64,000 nucleotides of DNA. Origin: Azolla caroliniana. Taxonomy: Eukaryota > Plantae > Polypodiophyta. The stretch spans positions 15,872,001 through 15,936,000 of the forward strand of contig JBHGNT010000013.1 of assembly GCA_043228905.1 (NCBI GenBank), given 5' to 3'. This document shows, in pieces, positions 24,984 through 39,089 of this stretch. Position 1 is the first letter of the stretch; each line of letters opens with the position of its first letter. The notes beneath the pieces are model-generated. The model was not told the DNA's origin. It did no database searches and saw only the letters and a program-made list of their open reading frames with translations. A program made the position numbers and the translations under genes.

Positions 24984-25632
24984 TGTCGCGTTACTACGCG
25001 CGTGCGTGGAGAAACGAGGCGGGACCACCGGGGTCTTGAACCGAGGAGCAGGTGATAGAAGGGGAAAGAGAAAGAGAGAGACGCCCGGTTACGTATGAGC
25101 AAAGAAACACAGGGGCACGGCCCGTCAACGCAGAAGATGCGAATGGACACAGAGACAGAGAGTAAGAAATGTGTATATTAACGAATGACAAATAAACAAC
25201 AGAGCACGCGAGCGGTTACAACCGAACAGGCCGGCGAACAGATGCCGATGCCTGTTCGTCTGCGCACGAAAAGGGGATAGGATGGAGGTGCTGCCGGAAG
25301 CACACGGGCGTTCCTCGAAGCAGCGCGAGCCTCCTGAAAACCTGTAGAGAAGAGCAATAGAGAACAAATAGAGGAGAAGCGTTCGGTTATGGTTCGACAA
25401 CACTTCGTCCTCCTCAATGCGCAATCACTCTCTCCCCGCGTCTCCCTCTCTTTTATAGCTTCGAGAAGGGAGCCGTTTCCCTCATTAACTTCCTACCTAC
25501 TGAATCTAACTACCTAGGATATACCTTTGTACCTAATTCTTTATTATATACATTAAAGGGCGCGCACGCGTGAAGAGCCGGTTCACGCGCTCTATGCATC
25601 GATTGCACTAAGGGATGGTTTTCTTCACGACA
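24984..25632 (-). mobile_element. Solo LTR F of the tRNA-Trp gypsy family, inserted in the protease of element G
   Basis: TGTCG...TTCTTCACGACA ends, similar to the element B LTR. 4-bp TSD ACGT (24980-24983, 25633-25636); the host frame VKIGDV|EIDQHFF is restored on removal. Confidence 0.92.
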
Positions 25633-25765
25633 ACGTCGCCGATCTTCACGCGTACGTTCGGGCACGCACCATGCAACTCCTCTATCGCGATCGTCGCCGC
25701 GCGTATCTTCCACCCGTGCTTGGTGTTGATCGGCCATTTCCCCTTTTTATAGAAGTCCATGGACA

Positions 25766-26060
25766 TCAAGTTGATCTCCGAATCGTGGTCTACCAATGCC
25801 ACCACCAGCTCTTGGACGTTGCGGATCTGAATACGAATAGGGGTTTCCGTAGTGGCCCTAGCCCAATGCGGCTTCGCGTAGTGGCTTTCCGCCAACTCAT
25901 CCTCTAGGGCCAACTCATCAAGTTGATCTCCGAATCGTGGTCTACCAATGCCACCACCGGCTCTTGGACGTTGTGGATCCGAATAGGGGTTTCCGTAGTG
26001 GCCCTAGCCCAATGCGGCTTTGCGTAGTGGCTTTCCGCCAACTCATCCTCTAGGGCCGCG
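25766..26060. repeat. ~150-bp tandem duplication in the gag-protease region of element G
   Basis: ALEDELAESHYAKPHWARATTETPIRI...VVALVDHDSEINLM is encoded twice. Confidence 0.85.
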
Positions 26061-29000
26061 TCTTCTAAGTGCATCGTCCGCACTTCCACATGCCTCTCCA
26101 GTTCTGGCTCCGTCGAGAGCCTCTTCCGCTTCACTAAGTCCACGATGGAGTCATGGAACTCCTTGTTGGCGATTCCCAACACCTCCCGTAACGACAACTC
26201 GACCTTGCTATCGAGAATTCTCTCTTCCAGGACCTTCTGTAGGTCCGTTGTTCGTTCGATTTCGGTGCTCAGCCGGAAACCGGCCTCCTTCTTCTTCTCC
26301 GGTGCGTTGGCATTGATGGCCTCATTCAGTCTTTCCCGTGCACTTGTCTTCTACCAGAACCTCGTAGTTTTGGCATGCGGCTGCCACGTAGCCAGTCTTT
26401 TCTTCCACCAGGTCGTCCCATCTGGTGACCTCCTGGATCCGCTGTTCCACGCGGTCTGCCTCTTCCTTCTTCAGCCGTACTCCAGAGAGACCCTCTAGCA
26501 CCAGTGGCCAGAATCCGGAGTCCGTCGCTTTCCGGGCCTCATCACCCCCGACCCGGATTCCCGCCGACGCCGAGTAGTTAACGGCCTCTGCATGTCGTGT
26601 CGCGGCCTCTTCCATCAACCGCTTCATTCCGCCGGGCCCCGTATTCAATTCTAGGGCTTTCTGGGTCTCGCTCGCGTGCACCTGCCCGTTCTAGAGGTAC
26701 ACCACATTGGTCCTGAGTGCCTCGGCGAAATCTGCGCATTCTTTCTGGATGTGGCAGACCGCGTCACACCACATGCACCGCTACCCTGCTGGCGGCCTTC
26801 GGTCACGAGGCTATTCGCCGCTGTCCCTCCGGGTTTGTGCAATTTGGAGATCTCGCACCATTTGCGACAACTCTTCTAGAGCCGCGCCTCCGGAGGGATC
26901 TTTGACCACTCTGCTCGGGGCTGAGCCCGTCTCAAGCCAAATCCGAGTTTCTTCCTTCCTAGCCGGTACCGACACCGACTCCTCGAGCTCCCACGTCGGG
27001 ACCGGCCTTGCCGCCCACGAGCCCTCATCGCTCCACTCGCGCAGCTTGTCGAAACGACCGCAGACCCTCCTTACCATGGCCCAGTCTGCCGTGAGCCTCT
27101 CATTTGTTTCCAATAGGAGACCCACCTTCTCCCGGTTCATGGCGTCCACCGACTTGACGAATAGTAGTACCCGGCTTGTGTCGAGCATGGTCCGGTCCAA
27201 CATTGATAGCCGTGCGAACCGTTTCTCGAACTCCTGGAGGAGCGCTGACGCGTTCCTCCCCTTCCCAGGGTTCTCAACCCATGCCATGAAGTCTCGCTTC
27301 GACAACCGAAGCGAGTCATCGAACCCATACATCTCGAGGAGCCGTAGCTCGAACTCCTCCCAAGTCTGGCATCCAGCTAGCACCTCGAGCACCTCTGCGT
27401 GGATGCTCTGCGTCACCACCCGAGGGAATCCGGATAGCCGCCTGTCCGCCGAGATATCCCTCATGATCATTTTGGCTTGGTAGGCCTCCAAGTAGCTCGT
27501 GGCATTCTTCCCACTGAATCGATCTATGGTGCCGACGATCGACTCAATGGCCCTGTCGAGGGCACCCATTCCCTTGCGAGCGCTCACTAGCCGGTCGACG
27601 GTTACGACCATAGCTTCAACAAGCTCGGATCCCCTCATCCTTCACTCCTTTGCCACTTGTTTCACGTCGGTTTCACCAAATATGTCGAGTTGTTACGCTC
27701 TTTGCGTGTGGAAAGAGGTGGGACTGCAGGGGCCTTGAACCAAGGAGTGTGAGAAAGAAGAGAGAGAGAGAGCTCAGCTTGCAGAAACACAGAGGGAGAA
27801 AGAGAGAGAACAAGTCTTAATTACAAAATCAATATCGATTACAAACCGGCAAGCCGGCAACGGACCCAACTTAGGCGAACACACACACACACATGATGCT
27901 CACGCACGCACACAACCCAACTGCACTATGGAGCCTCTACCGGAAGCACACGGGCTGTCCACGAAGTAGAGGCAACTCAACCTGAAATCCTGTAGAGAAC
28001 GACAAACGATGGAGGAGAGAGCTCGGTCCCAGTCCGACAACATTTTGTCCTCGCTCCCTAAAACGCTATATCTTCATCCACCTTCTTCCTTCCCTTTTAT
28101 AGGGTGTCGAGGCAGGCCGTTGCACCCTCCTTTTCATCAATTTATTCTTTGTCCTTTCGGATAGAGATACTCTTTGATTTCCTAGACATTCGATGCGTCA
28201 CATCTAGTCTATTTACACCCATCGTCCTACTCCTAGTTATGTACAAGGTATTAATTGGCGTGGAAAAGTGTAGGACTGGTTCATGCGCCCTGCTTCGCCG
28301 ATTCCGCTTCTGGCCGGTTTTCTTCACGACACCGCGCTATTCTTCACAACAACCACCCGACTTCGAATCCAACATTCATTTGAAAGCTGTATGCCAACTC
28401 AAGAAGCCTCTCTACGGCCTCAGGCAAGCACCGTGTGCTTGGCTTTCGAAGATTACGCAATATCTTCATCAAATCGGCTTTCGAATGTCAAAATATGACA
28501 ACTCCCTCTACGTACGAAACGACTCTAAAAGCTCGATTGTCATCATCTTATACGTGGATGATCTAGTCATTGGAGGAGAAAGTTTAGTTGACATCAACAA
28601 GGTGAAATCCCTCCTCTCCAACAAATTCGAGATGACGGACATGAAGGAACTTCATTACTTCCTTGGAATCGAAGTAATTTGGATTCCGACCGTCATTATG
28701 ATCTCTCAACGACACTACATCCTCAACTTGTTATACAAGTTCGGGATGGCTGAGTGCAAATTTGTGGCAACCCCTCTCAATCGAAACCTCAAACTAGATG
28801 CCGACTCCGGCACATATGAGTGCGAGCCTCATCTATCTCACGATCACGCGACCCGATCTCAACTATCTGGTTTGCCTCCTTAGCCAATTCATGCAAACTC
28901 CGCGAAATATCCATTTTGATTGCGATAAGCGAGTATTACGATACGTGAGTGGTACAATGGATTATGACATCCTCTACGCATCGGCCACACCAATTCAACT

Positions 29001-30021
29001 CGAAGGGTACACGGATGCCAACTGGGCCGACTATAGAGTTGATCGACGATCGGCCTCCGGATTTGTCTTCTCGCTTGGTAGCGGAGCAATATCTTGGAGT
29101 AGTAAGAAGCAACCTACTGTCACACTTTCGAGTATGGAGGCCGAATACAGGGGCTGCATGTGAAGTCGTATGGCTCAAGAGGATTTTGAAGGATCTGGGC
29201 GTTCCGATCAAGGATCCGACTCCCATTTACTGCGACAACATGAGTAGTATATATCTAGCTCGGAACTCGGTGTTCCACGCACACCCAAAGCATATCGAAG
29301 TGCACTATCACTTCATTCGAGAGCGTGTTCAGGCCGGAGATGTCGATCTTCTACACATCAACACAAATCTTCAGATAACCGACATCTTCACCAAGGCCCT
29401 AGGAGCCGAAAAACTTCGGCAATTCATGTCAGACCTCAGATTGACGATCCCTGACTTGCCAAGATTGAGGGGAGTACAAGAGAGAATCAGATACCATCCG
29501 AATCGGGTACGAGCCGAAGTGGACATCGGAGATCGTCCGAACCAGATACTAGCCGAAGCAGACATCAATCAAAAGGAACCAACCCGAGTTGAGCTTGAGG
29601 GGGCGTGTTGAGAATCAAGCTCCCTCAAGGTCAAGAGTCACACCACTACTCTCTACACATTAACTATGTGTCATAGAATCATATTCTATGACACATAACT
29701 AATGAGTTACATATTCCCCATGACTATGAGTCTTCACATTCCTCGAGAGAGAGAGTGGTTGTTGTAGTTAGTTAATGAAGAGAGAGGGTGACTATATATA
29801 AAGCACCCTCCTCACACTTCATACAAGTCGGTTGTGACTCCTTGTAATGCTACATTTTTGTATCTCTTATTCTACTTGTGAATATACATCTTCTTCTTGA
29901 GTACTTCATTTTGTTCTTATCTATCTATCTTATGTTCTCTCTTCTCTCCTCTAATTCCTCTCACACATACACATAACACACATCTCTTCCACTACACAAG
30001 AATCATACCCGATTCTTTACA

Positions 30022-33000
30022 TCATCATTATGCCGATGTGTTAGATAAAGTACAAGCCAATACACTTCCTCACAATTGACCGTATGATTGCCCCATCGAT
30101 TTCCAACCGGGAAAAGAGCCACCATGGGAACCAATCTACAATTTCTCACCAACCGTGCTAGAAGTCCTTCGAGCCTATATAGAGGAGAATTTGGCAAATG
30201 GTTTCATTCGACATTTGAAATCTCTAGCCGGCGCACCCATTTTCTTCGTCAAGAAAAAGGATGGATCACTTCGTCTTGTCGTAGATTACCGTGGCTTGAA
30301 TATTGTCACCATCAGGAATAGGTATGCACTTCCCCTTATCTCGAGTCTTTTAGAACGGATCAATGGTGCAAGGTTCTTCACAAAGATTGACTTACGAGGA
30401 ACATATAAACTCGTATGGATTCGACCAGGAGATGAATGGAAGACCGCGTTTCGCACAAGATATGGGTACTTCGAGTATACGGTCATGCCACTCGGCATCA
30501 CTAATGTGCCAACAGTCTTCCAACACATGGCAAATGATATATTCTGAGATCTCTTGGATGTTTTTTTGATCATCTATTTATTCGAAGACCCAAGAGATCA
30601 TGATTCTCATGTACTGTTAGTACTAAAACAACTTCGAGAACATGGTCTTTATGCAAAGTTGGAAAAATGTAGTTTTGAGTGCAACTAGGTAGAATTTCTG
30701 GCCTATGTCATTTCCTCTGAAGGCATCTCCATGGATCCAAATAAGGTCAAAACAATGGTAGAGTGGCAGACTTTGCGTTCTTTGTGAGATGTGCAATGCT
30801 TTTTAGGCTTTGCCAATTTCTACCGCAAGTTTATACAGGATTACTCAAAGCTTGTTCTGCCTCTCACATAGCTTACCAGGAAGGGACAATCATTCGTTTG
30901 GTTTGGAGAAGTAGACATGGCTTTTGAGAGTCTTCAAAAGGTATTTACATCAACTCCTATTCTAGCTCATGTTGATCCGGAAAAACCATTCATCATCGAA
31001 GCACACATGTCAGATTTTGCCTTGGGTAGCATTCTGTCACAACAAGGCGATGATGAAAAGCTTCATCCTGTGGCTTTCCACTCACGCAAGTTTGATGCCG
31101 CCGAAATCAACTATGAAATTCATGATAAGGAGCTATTAGCAATAGTGGACTCTTTTACGCAATGGAGGCATTTTCTAGAGGGATCTTCTCATCAAGTCAC
31201 CGTATTCAGTGATCACAAAAACCTTGCCTACTTTTAGAATGCTCGTGTGTTAAATCGACGTCAAGCTCGGTGGGCCCAATTCCTCACTCATTTCGACTTG
31301 AAAATTACATATCATCCCGGGAAGCAACAATGGGAGATAGATGCATTATCATGACGCTCGTATCTAGCACCGACACGTAATCAAAAGCCAACTTTCGATA
31401 ACCAAAAGCAAGTAATCTTGGGACCAACACGACTGCAAGCAACGCAGGTATTCGGTATGCCCTTGGATTCCCACGTTATCGATACTATACATGAGGACTT
31501 GAAGAAAAATGCTTTCACCCAAGCCATTCTAGCACAAATTGATCCCTCTGGAGCATCTTGTTCACAATCGCAACAACCAGATACAAACTATCGACAATTC
31601 GAATGTCATGATGGATTACTATTCTTTAAAAAACTCTTGTATGTTCCTAATGGTTCTTGTCACCTTCAAGTAGTCCAAAACTGTCATGACACATATACAA
31701 TTGGGCATTTTGGTAGTACTAAAACATTAGATTTAGTACAACGATCATTCTGGTGGCCCCATATGCGACAATTTGTCGAAGATTTTGTTCGGTCTTGTGA
31801 TACATGTTGCAGAGCAAAAATGCCAAGGCATCATCCATATGGTTTATTAGAACCATTACCAATTCCAAGAAAGCCGTGGCAATCCATTGCTCTAGATTTC
31901 ATCATAGATATTCCGGTCTCTAAGGGATTTGATGCAATCTTAACAGTAGTAGATCGATATACGAAGATGGCCCATTTCCTACCACGTACTAAGGAAATCT
32001 CTAGTGAGGAAACCGCTGAAACTGTCATGTGTGAAGTATGTCAGCATCATGGCCTTCCCGATAGTATCATCAGCGACCGTGGACCCTAGCTCATCTCGAA
32101 ATTCTGGAAGCACCTCTTTAAAATGCTCAAGGTCAAGCAGAACGAACAAATAAAACGCTAGAGCAGTATCTTCGGTGCTTTCTAAGCTATCATCAGGATG
32201 ATTGGGCGGATATTCTCCACTTTGCCGAATTTGCGTATAATAACTTTGTCCACTCATTGACAAAAGTTGCACCATTTTTTGCTTATACGAGTTGTCACCC
32301 TCGGTGGTGTGTATTTGAAACCCTAGAGTTACCCACAAATCCTTGTGCAGAGGATCATTTGGAACGGTTACACAAGATACAAGAGGATTTATCTACTCAT
32401 CTACATCAAGCTGAACAAACACACAAGGTTTACGTGGATCTTCATCAGCTTCCATCTAGTTTTAACATTGGAGATCGGGTATGGCTACTACGACGACACA
32501 TCAAGACTACTCACCCATGCGAGAAGTTGGATTATCGGCGATTAGGTCCTTTCCGTATTATCGGAAAAATTAATGATGTCGCTTTTCGTCTCGATCTACC
32601 TCCACAACTTCGGATACATCCGGTGTTTCATAGTTCTCTCCTCGAAACCTATCAAGACAACATCATCCTAGGTCGTCTTAAACAACCTCCACCCCCGATT
32701 GAACTTGAAGATGGACCTGAGTACGAGGTTGCCTCCATCCTCGATTCCAAGATTGTTCGTAACAAGCTCTACTATTTAGTCGATCGGCTAGGATATATTC
32801 CCAGCGAGCGTACTTGGGAACCAATAGAGAATGTGACCAATGCTCGTGCTCTTCTTGAAGACTTTCATCGTCAATATCCAGACAAACCGGGTTCTCAATC
32901 CAAAACGACTCGTGACACTCGTTGTTTTAAAGGGGGGATAGTGTCATGATATGGCAAGACTTCAACCCATAACCTTATGTTACATGGGTCGAGCTCTTGA

Positions 33001-33343
33001 CCATTAGACTATATGTTCTAATGTAAAAGATATTATTTTCATTTAAGTTAAATTGATGTATATTCCAGATTTCTCTGGAACATTCTAGAAACTTCAGGAG
33101 TACTCTTGAGAACACTATAAAAGGAGGCACAAGGCATTATTTCAAACCAAATCGGTTCAACACTAGTCTTAAGCCTCCTAGCTACTATTGTATATCTCTT
33201 AACATAATATATATCTTTTGTTATCATCATTCTCTCACTCACTCACTCACTCTTTCCTTCTCTCGAGAGTTCTACACCTCTCGTAGTACTAATCCTCATC
33301 TTTTAGTACTAATTCCTTCTCTGTCTTAGTACTGTTCCTGACA
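30022..33343 (+). mobile_element. 5'-truncated chromovirus-type Ty3/gypsy (RT-RH-IN-chromodomain pseudogene, 3' LTR 32942-33343), Tcn1-like
   Basis: [47 protein letters not shown] and chromodomain EYEVASILDSKIVRNKLYYLV...TWEP. PPT AAGGGGGGATAG precedes the TGTCA...TGACA LTR. Clade assignment is from motif recall. Confidence 0.88.
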
Positions 33344-35067
33344 GTAAGTGGGACGATGGACTTTGGCATCCTCTACAAATCGGTCACACTGATTCGACTC
33401 AAAGGGTACATAGATGTCGGCTGGGCTGGCTATAAAGCCTATAGAAGATCAACATCGAGATTCTTCTTCTCCCTCGGCAGTGGAGCCATATTCTGGAGGA
33501 GTAAGAAGCAGATAATAGTCACACTATCGAGGACAGAAGCCGAATATAGGGGCGTGGCTGTTTGGCTCAAGAGAATATTGAAGGATCTAGGCATTCCCAT
33601 CAAGGATTCGATTCTCCTGTATTGCGACAACATGAACAACATCCACCTGGCCTGCAACCTAATATTCCACGCTCAGACTAAGCACATTGAGGTGCACTAT
33701 CGTTTTATCTGAGAACGTTGTCGAGGTTATCCTCGCGGATGCGTAGAAGTCGGGCAGGACCACGGGGGTCTCGAACCAAGGAATCGAGAAAATGAGGTGG
33801 GAGGAGTTTGAGGACCGCGTAGGTCTTGAGACCACGGGAAAACAGGTAAGGCTAGCGAACGAGAGAGGGTAAAAGAGTCGTGCGAAGACGTAAACACGGG
33901 CAAGACACTGAGAACAACGTTTGTTAGGTAGAGAAGGTTTCTATTAAACAACACAGGTGCATGGTGCTGTGGGTGATTACAACCGGATCAGAGCCGACGA
34001 TGGAGCGTAGAGCTTGGCAATAGCCGAACATGAAGGTACGTGGGCACGCTGAAGGTCGATCCCCTGGTCGGGAGTACTCGGGCATCTGACGCGTGCAGGG
34101 GGAAGCGCCTTCCGATGATCAGTCCTTACACTCCTCTCTGTATCTCCTCTCCTCAAAAAAAATGGCATCCCGAAGACAGTCGAAGGTCGCCCCCTTTATA
34201 GCACAAGGAGCGACCGTTACAAGCATTCATGACCCGTCGCTTTCCCTTCCTAGATTCTCTCCCCTCGTAACTCTCCCTACATATGCGATGTCTATTTCTT
34301 CTTTAATGCCCTAACTACCTAGTACCCCTCCGTATACTCATGCGTAGTACTTTCCTATTTAATTCTCTTGAGGCGTGCATTCGCGTAAACTGGTGTTCCT
34401 GCGCGTTTCACCTTGTTTCTACCTATGGCCCGGAATCTTCACAACATCCACCCCCACTAAACTGCACATCCTCCGGTATGTGCCGGATGGTGAATTTAGT
34501 GGAGGATTCCGGGCCATCGGTTACTCACCCTCCTCTCTTGGTCTGGTTCTTTCGGCTCCCGGTTCCGGTTCCTCCTCGTTTTGTCTCTTGAAGGCTTTTA
34601 TCCACTTCCTGGCCACCGGAGTTGTTATTCGCATCCGTCGAGCTCCGCGAGATGATACGTAGAGTTTTCGTTGACACTATTTACCACGTACAACCCGAAC
34701 CATCGCTTCGCGAACTTGCGCGTAGACCTATGCTGGTTGTTGAGGCTGCTGTTGTAAACTAACACCCAGTCGCCTTCCTCGATCTTCCTTGGCCGGAGCT
34801 TGTGCGTTCGATTGAACCGGGCTTTGTTTCGGATCCTTGCTTCTCTCACCCTCGTCGTGGCTCGTTCCACGACTTCCGGTTTTCGCTCGAGTTGCCGGAT
34901 TCGTGCTGCTAGCAACTCTTCTCTGCTGATTTTGCTAGCCCAATCGATCGCTGCCCACGAGGCGATCGTTCACTCTACTAGCATGATGGGTTTCTGTCCG
35001 TACATTAGTTCCGCCGGCATGTACCCTGTCACTGAACTATGGGTAGTCCTGTCTGCCCATAACGCGT

Positions 35068-35597
35068 TGTCGTGAAGATTTCCGGCTACGGTGTGAAATC
35101 GGGGTGGAATGGGCAAGTCGGTGGTGTGCAACATGTGCACATGTATACTAGGAAATGGTGTATAGAAATAAGAGGGGAAATTTTATCCCACATTGTAAGG
35201 TTCCTCCCTCCTTGGGCTATAAAAGGAAGGGAGGGGTCACTTATGAAGGGATTGCCTATTTTGCGTATGAGAGGTATACCACTTAGTCTAGAGTTCTTAC
35301 CGTTTTAGGGTTAGGGTTTCGTTTAGGGTTTCCTTATTCATCCTCAGTTAGGGTTTTCTCATAGTCGTTTGGTGCGGCCCATGCGGCCACCATTGTTGTA
35401 ATCATTCGTTTGTTTTAATATAACTTGTTGAGTATCTTGCCTCCGCCGATCTCTCCTTCTATGTCATGGACTTATTCTTTCCTCTTCTCCTCTTGAGCTA
35501 AGCTTCCATATCATATCTTATTCTTTCTCCTCTACTCCCTAGTCCGAGACCCCCGTGGTCCTGCCCCTTCTACACGCACACTCATAACAACGCGACA
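35068..35597 (+). mobile_element. Solo LTR E with tRNA-Trp gypsy family-type ends, inserted in the integrase of element A
   Basis: TGTCGTGAAGA...CGCGACA ends; 4-bp TSD GCGT (35064-35067, 35598-35601). Host LLPYA|LWADR is restored on removal. The LTR interior is unlike the other members and contains TAGGGTTT motifs. Confidence 0.88.
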
Positions 35598-38432
35598 GCG
35601 TACGGGAGCAACCTCGGCCAGTCGCCGACTTGACCCTTGCACGCGCGTACACTGGCCTTTACGATCAGACCATGGCCCCGTTCAATCTTTCCGTTTGCCT
35701 CCGGGTTGTACGCCGTTGTGAGGGACAGTTTTACGCCTAACCGATCGAACAGTTCCTCGGCCTCTTCCGCGTCTAGCTCTCCTCGGTCAACCACGATTTT
35801 CCCCACGCACCCGTATCGGCATATGACATCCTCGATCAGAAACTTGCACACAACCGCGGTCGTCTTGTTCGTTAGTGCTCGTCCCTCTACCTGGTTGGTT
35901 AGGTCCTCTCTAGCCAACACTAGGTATTGCTTTTGACTTTCGCCCATCGGCATCGTAACTAAGTCAACCATCCATTTGAAGTGCACGATCGGAGGATAAG
36001 TTGGGTGTAGTCCGTTGCGATGTCGAACCACCGAGTGCATTTGGCAGCTTTCCATGTGGACACGAAGTCGTGCACGCTCTTGTACATGGATGGCCACCAA
36101 AATTTTCCCTTTAAATTCTCGAATGTAGCCCATGTACCCCGGTGTCCAGACCAAGGGCTCTCGTGGAACTCCGACATCAGCTTTTGTTGGTCATCCGCCC
36201 GCACTGTTACCCGGAGCGGCGTGTCGTTTCGCTTTTTTGGGACCCTCCAGATTTTTCCGTTCCGCAGGAAATATCGGTATGCCTTCTTTCGGAGCTGTCC
36301 GGCCTCTTCCTTAGTCATCGTGGCGTCTGTCGTCATTGTCTCCAGAAATCTCCCGATTAGAAGCCACTCCCCGTCATAACCGTCTTCGTCGAACTCATTC
36401 ACGGGTGGAGCGCTTCACCCTTTTATCCTCATCCTTGCCGATTTGAAGAAGTCTGCGCCGACTTCTTCGCTCTCTGATACCATGCCGTTCTCATCCTCAA
36501 ATCTTGCTCTAGAAAGCATATCGGCCATGGCGTTGTCTTTACCCGAAATGTGTCATATCTACGGGATCAGGGACTTGATGTACGCAATCCACCTGAGCAT
36601 GGCGAGGTCGGGAGTTGCGCATCCGGAGACCATACCAAGAATCGGCAAGCAGTCCGTTTCGATAATTACTTCTGTCTCGATTAGGTAATCTTTGTCGACC
36701 TTAACCGCCAAAACGATACCCCACAACTCGCGCTTCACTTGGGCGTACCCTCGCTGTCGCTCACTCAGTACCTTCTCACCGAACCGGATAGGGAAGCGCG
36801 TGCCATCTTCATCCTCTTGATTTACGACCCACCTGATCCCGGTCGGGCTGGTGTCCACAGTGATGTAGACCAGAGTTCCCGGTGCGTATTCCGCTTGCAC
36901 AAAGCCGGTGCCGCGGTAAGCGTTCGTTTTAGTTTCTGGACCGCCTCCGTATGTTCCTTCGTCCACTCGAATTTCCTGTTCTTCTTTAGCAGGCCGTAGA
37001 GTGGTTCGGCGACGTGCGCATAATTAGGGACCCATATGTGGTAGAAGGCGCATGCTCCCAAGAATCCTCGGACCTCTATGATGGATCTGCACTCCTCCTT
37101 CATTGCCGAGATGGCCTCTACCTTGGTTGGCGATGGCTTCCGGCCGTACGACCCACATAGGTGGCCAACCACTAATATCTCTGGTTGTCCGAAAGCCGAC
37201 TTTTCTCCCAAGAAGGTAAGCCGTGCGCCCTCGAGCCTCTGTAGTATCTTCTCGCAGTCGGAGATGTGGTCCGTGACAAACCTTCGGCACCTGTCCGCGC
37301 CGATCGACTCATCCTTAGCGTCTTCCGGACACCCCTTGATAGGGATGTCGTCTAGGAAAGGCATGGTGATATCCGAGATGCAGTCCCTCAGAACTTTATT
37401 CATTGCGTTCACCATGTGTGCCACCGAATTGGTTCCGCCCTGTGGTAGGGTACACATTCGAACTAGGCTGAGAGGGGTCCGCATCGTCGTGATGTCCCTA
37501 CTTTCCATGACGAGCTGGAACTGGTTGTACCCCGAGTAAAGATCTTTGACCGAGTATATGGACCTTCCGGCAAAGGCTTCAGCAAAGTCATCGATCAACG
37601 GCCCGACTCCCGTATTGCGGATGGTCACTTTGTTGACCGGTTGCAAGTCATGGATGAACTGTAGCATGCCGTTCTTCTTTGGTACCGTAAACCACCGGTT
37701 AGAATAAGAGGCACTCGACGGTTCGAGGATGCCCAGCTCCACTTTCTGCTTAAGAAGCTCCATCAACATCGGCATGTGAGCTCTCGATACTGGGATTGGC
37801 TTGAGACTCCATGGGTATGTGCGGTACTGTAAAGATCACCATTGGCACGACGATGGTCGGTTCGATGCACCCGATCTCTCTTGGTGAGAATGCGAAGGCC
37901 TTCCCATGCCTCTGGAGCATTCTTCTGAACCGGTCCTCTTCCGTCGGCAGTAGGAAGCCACCCCCACTGATCTTCAGCTCTCGTAGCGTTTTGTCGGTGA
38001 AACGGTGTCCTATGCCGACCGGATCTCGCAAGCTCGGGTCGGTAGCGACCCCCTTTATTCGTTCCCAGCTGCCCTCTGGTAAGGGAGCTGCGACGGGCTT
38101 CACCTTCCGGCCCACAATCTTGTATTTTGTGTCTATTCGGGCGATCCGATGCGCCCTGGTTCCTCTTTCGAAGTCCGCAATGACTTCATACATGGCGATC
38201 GAGTTGACCGGTATGACTCTGTCTTCGCTTAGACCTCCTTTGACTACCTTCCCGATTTCCCCCAAGGTGTCATCGAACGAGACCGCCTCCACGACTTCCC
38301 CAATTCCTTCGTCATGGCTTAAGGCTCAGTACGCCTTCAAGCGTATCTCGCCATGTTTTCTTTCTCTGCCGCTGATGCCGGCTATGGTACACCCTCCGTT
38401 GTTGGAGAACAAAACCTTCCTACCTATTTTAC

Positions 38433-38502
38433 AGGTGTGGGGAGTTTCCTGGCGGTCCGGACTATCGTGGCCCCACACCTTGATAGCCCTATCTAAAAAT
38501 CC
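38433..38502 (-). promoter_or_regulatory. Predicted -1 ribosomal frameshift signal (GGATTTT plus pseudoknot), element A
   Basis: Minus strand GGATTTT-TAGATA, stem 1 GGGCTATC...GATAGTCC, stem 2 AGGTGTGGGG with CCCCACACCT. Confidence 0.75.
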
Positions 38503-39089
38503 GGCTTATCATCATTTCCGAGGGTGTCCCGGTTTCGTTCGTGGTTCTTCCGAACGGTAAAACATTGGACGGAGTGATGGACGTCCTAACTTTTTATCCT
38601 CACATAGGCTGAACCATTGTCCAACACTTTCGTCTCCATTCTAGCCACCGTAATGTATGGTTCCCCGAGGTTGAGCGAGTGGGAGGACGTTTCTTTCAAA
38701 AAAAAGTGTTGGTTTATGTCGACGTCTCCGACACTCACCCTGACGTTCGGGCAGGCCCCGTGCAACTCTTCCGTGACTCTTGTTGCTGCGCGTATCTTCC
38801 ACCCGTGTTTGGTGTTGATCGGCCAAATTCCCTTTTTGTAGAAGTCCATGGACATTAGGTTAATTTCTGACCCGTGGTCGATTAATGCCACCACTGGTTC
38901 CTTGACATTCCCGATTCGAACTGGGGTCTTTGTAGTAGCTCTTGCCCAGTGCGGCTTGGTGTAATGGCTTTCTGCGAGCTCGTCTTTCGTGGCAATCTCG
39001 TCGAGGAGTGCCGCCCTCACCTCAATCGGCTTCTCGGGCTCCAGTTCCTTTGTGAGACGCTTTCTCTTCACGAGGTCCACGATGCTGTT

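Larger units (their letters stand above)
20302..28331 (-). mobile_element. Full-length decayed tRNA-Trp-primed Ty3/gypsy element G (3' LTR 20302-20974, 5' LTR 27683-28331)
   Basis: Paired LTRs, PBS 27661-27678 and PPT at ~20976-20986. Gag from 27638, then PR (ALVDHDSEINLM), RT (LPQGGTN, SFLDD), RNase H and integrase, with stops and frameshifts. 4-bp TSD CCGC (20298-20301, 28332-28335). Confidence 0.92.
19814..28348 (+). mobile_element. Copia solo LTR (19814-20301 plus 28336-28348) split by gypsy element G
   Basis: TGTTGGGAAATCGGTCCCTCCGGATGG start is related to the 49913 LTR but lacks its 54-bp repeats. Ends TTCACA; TSD ACAAT/ACAAC (19809-19813, 28349-28353, one mismatch). Confidence 0.8.
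19540..30021 (+). mobile_element. 3' half of a second copia family (RT-RNase H pseudogene 19540-19813 plus 28349-29470, 3' LTR 29606-30021), carrying nested insertions
   Basis: [11 protein letters not shown]...[22 protein letters not shown] continues as PPDFES...LKKPLYGLRQAP...LYVDDL...HPKHIEVHYHFIRE after the insert. PPT TTGAGGGGGCG precedes an LTR TGTTGAGAATCAA...GATTCTTTACA like 49379-49745. Confidence 0.85.
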
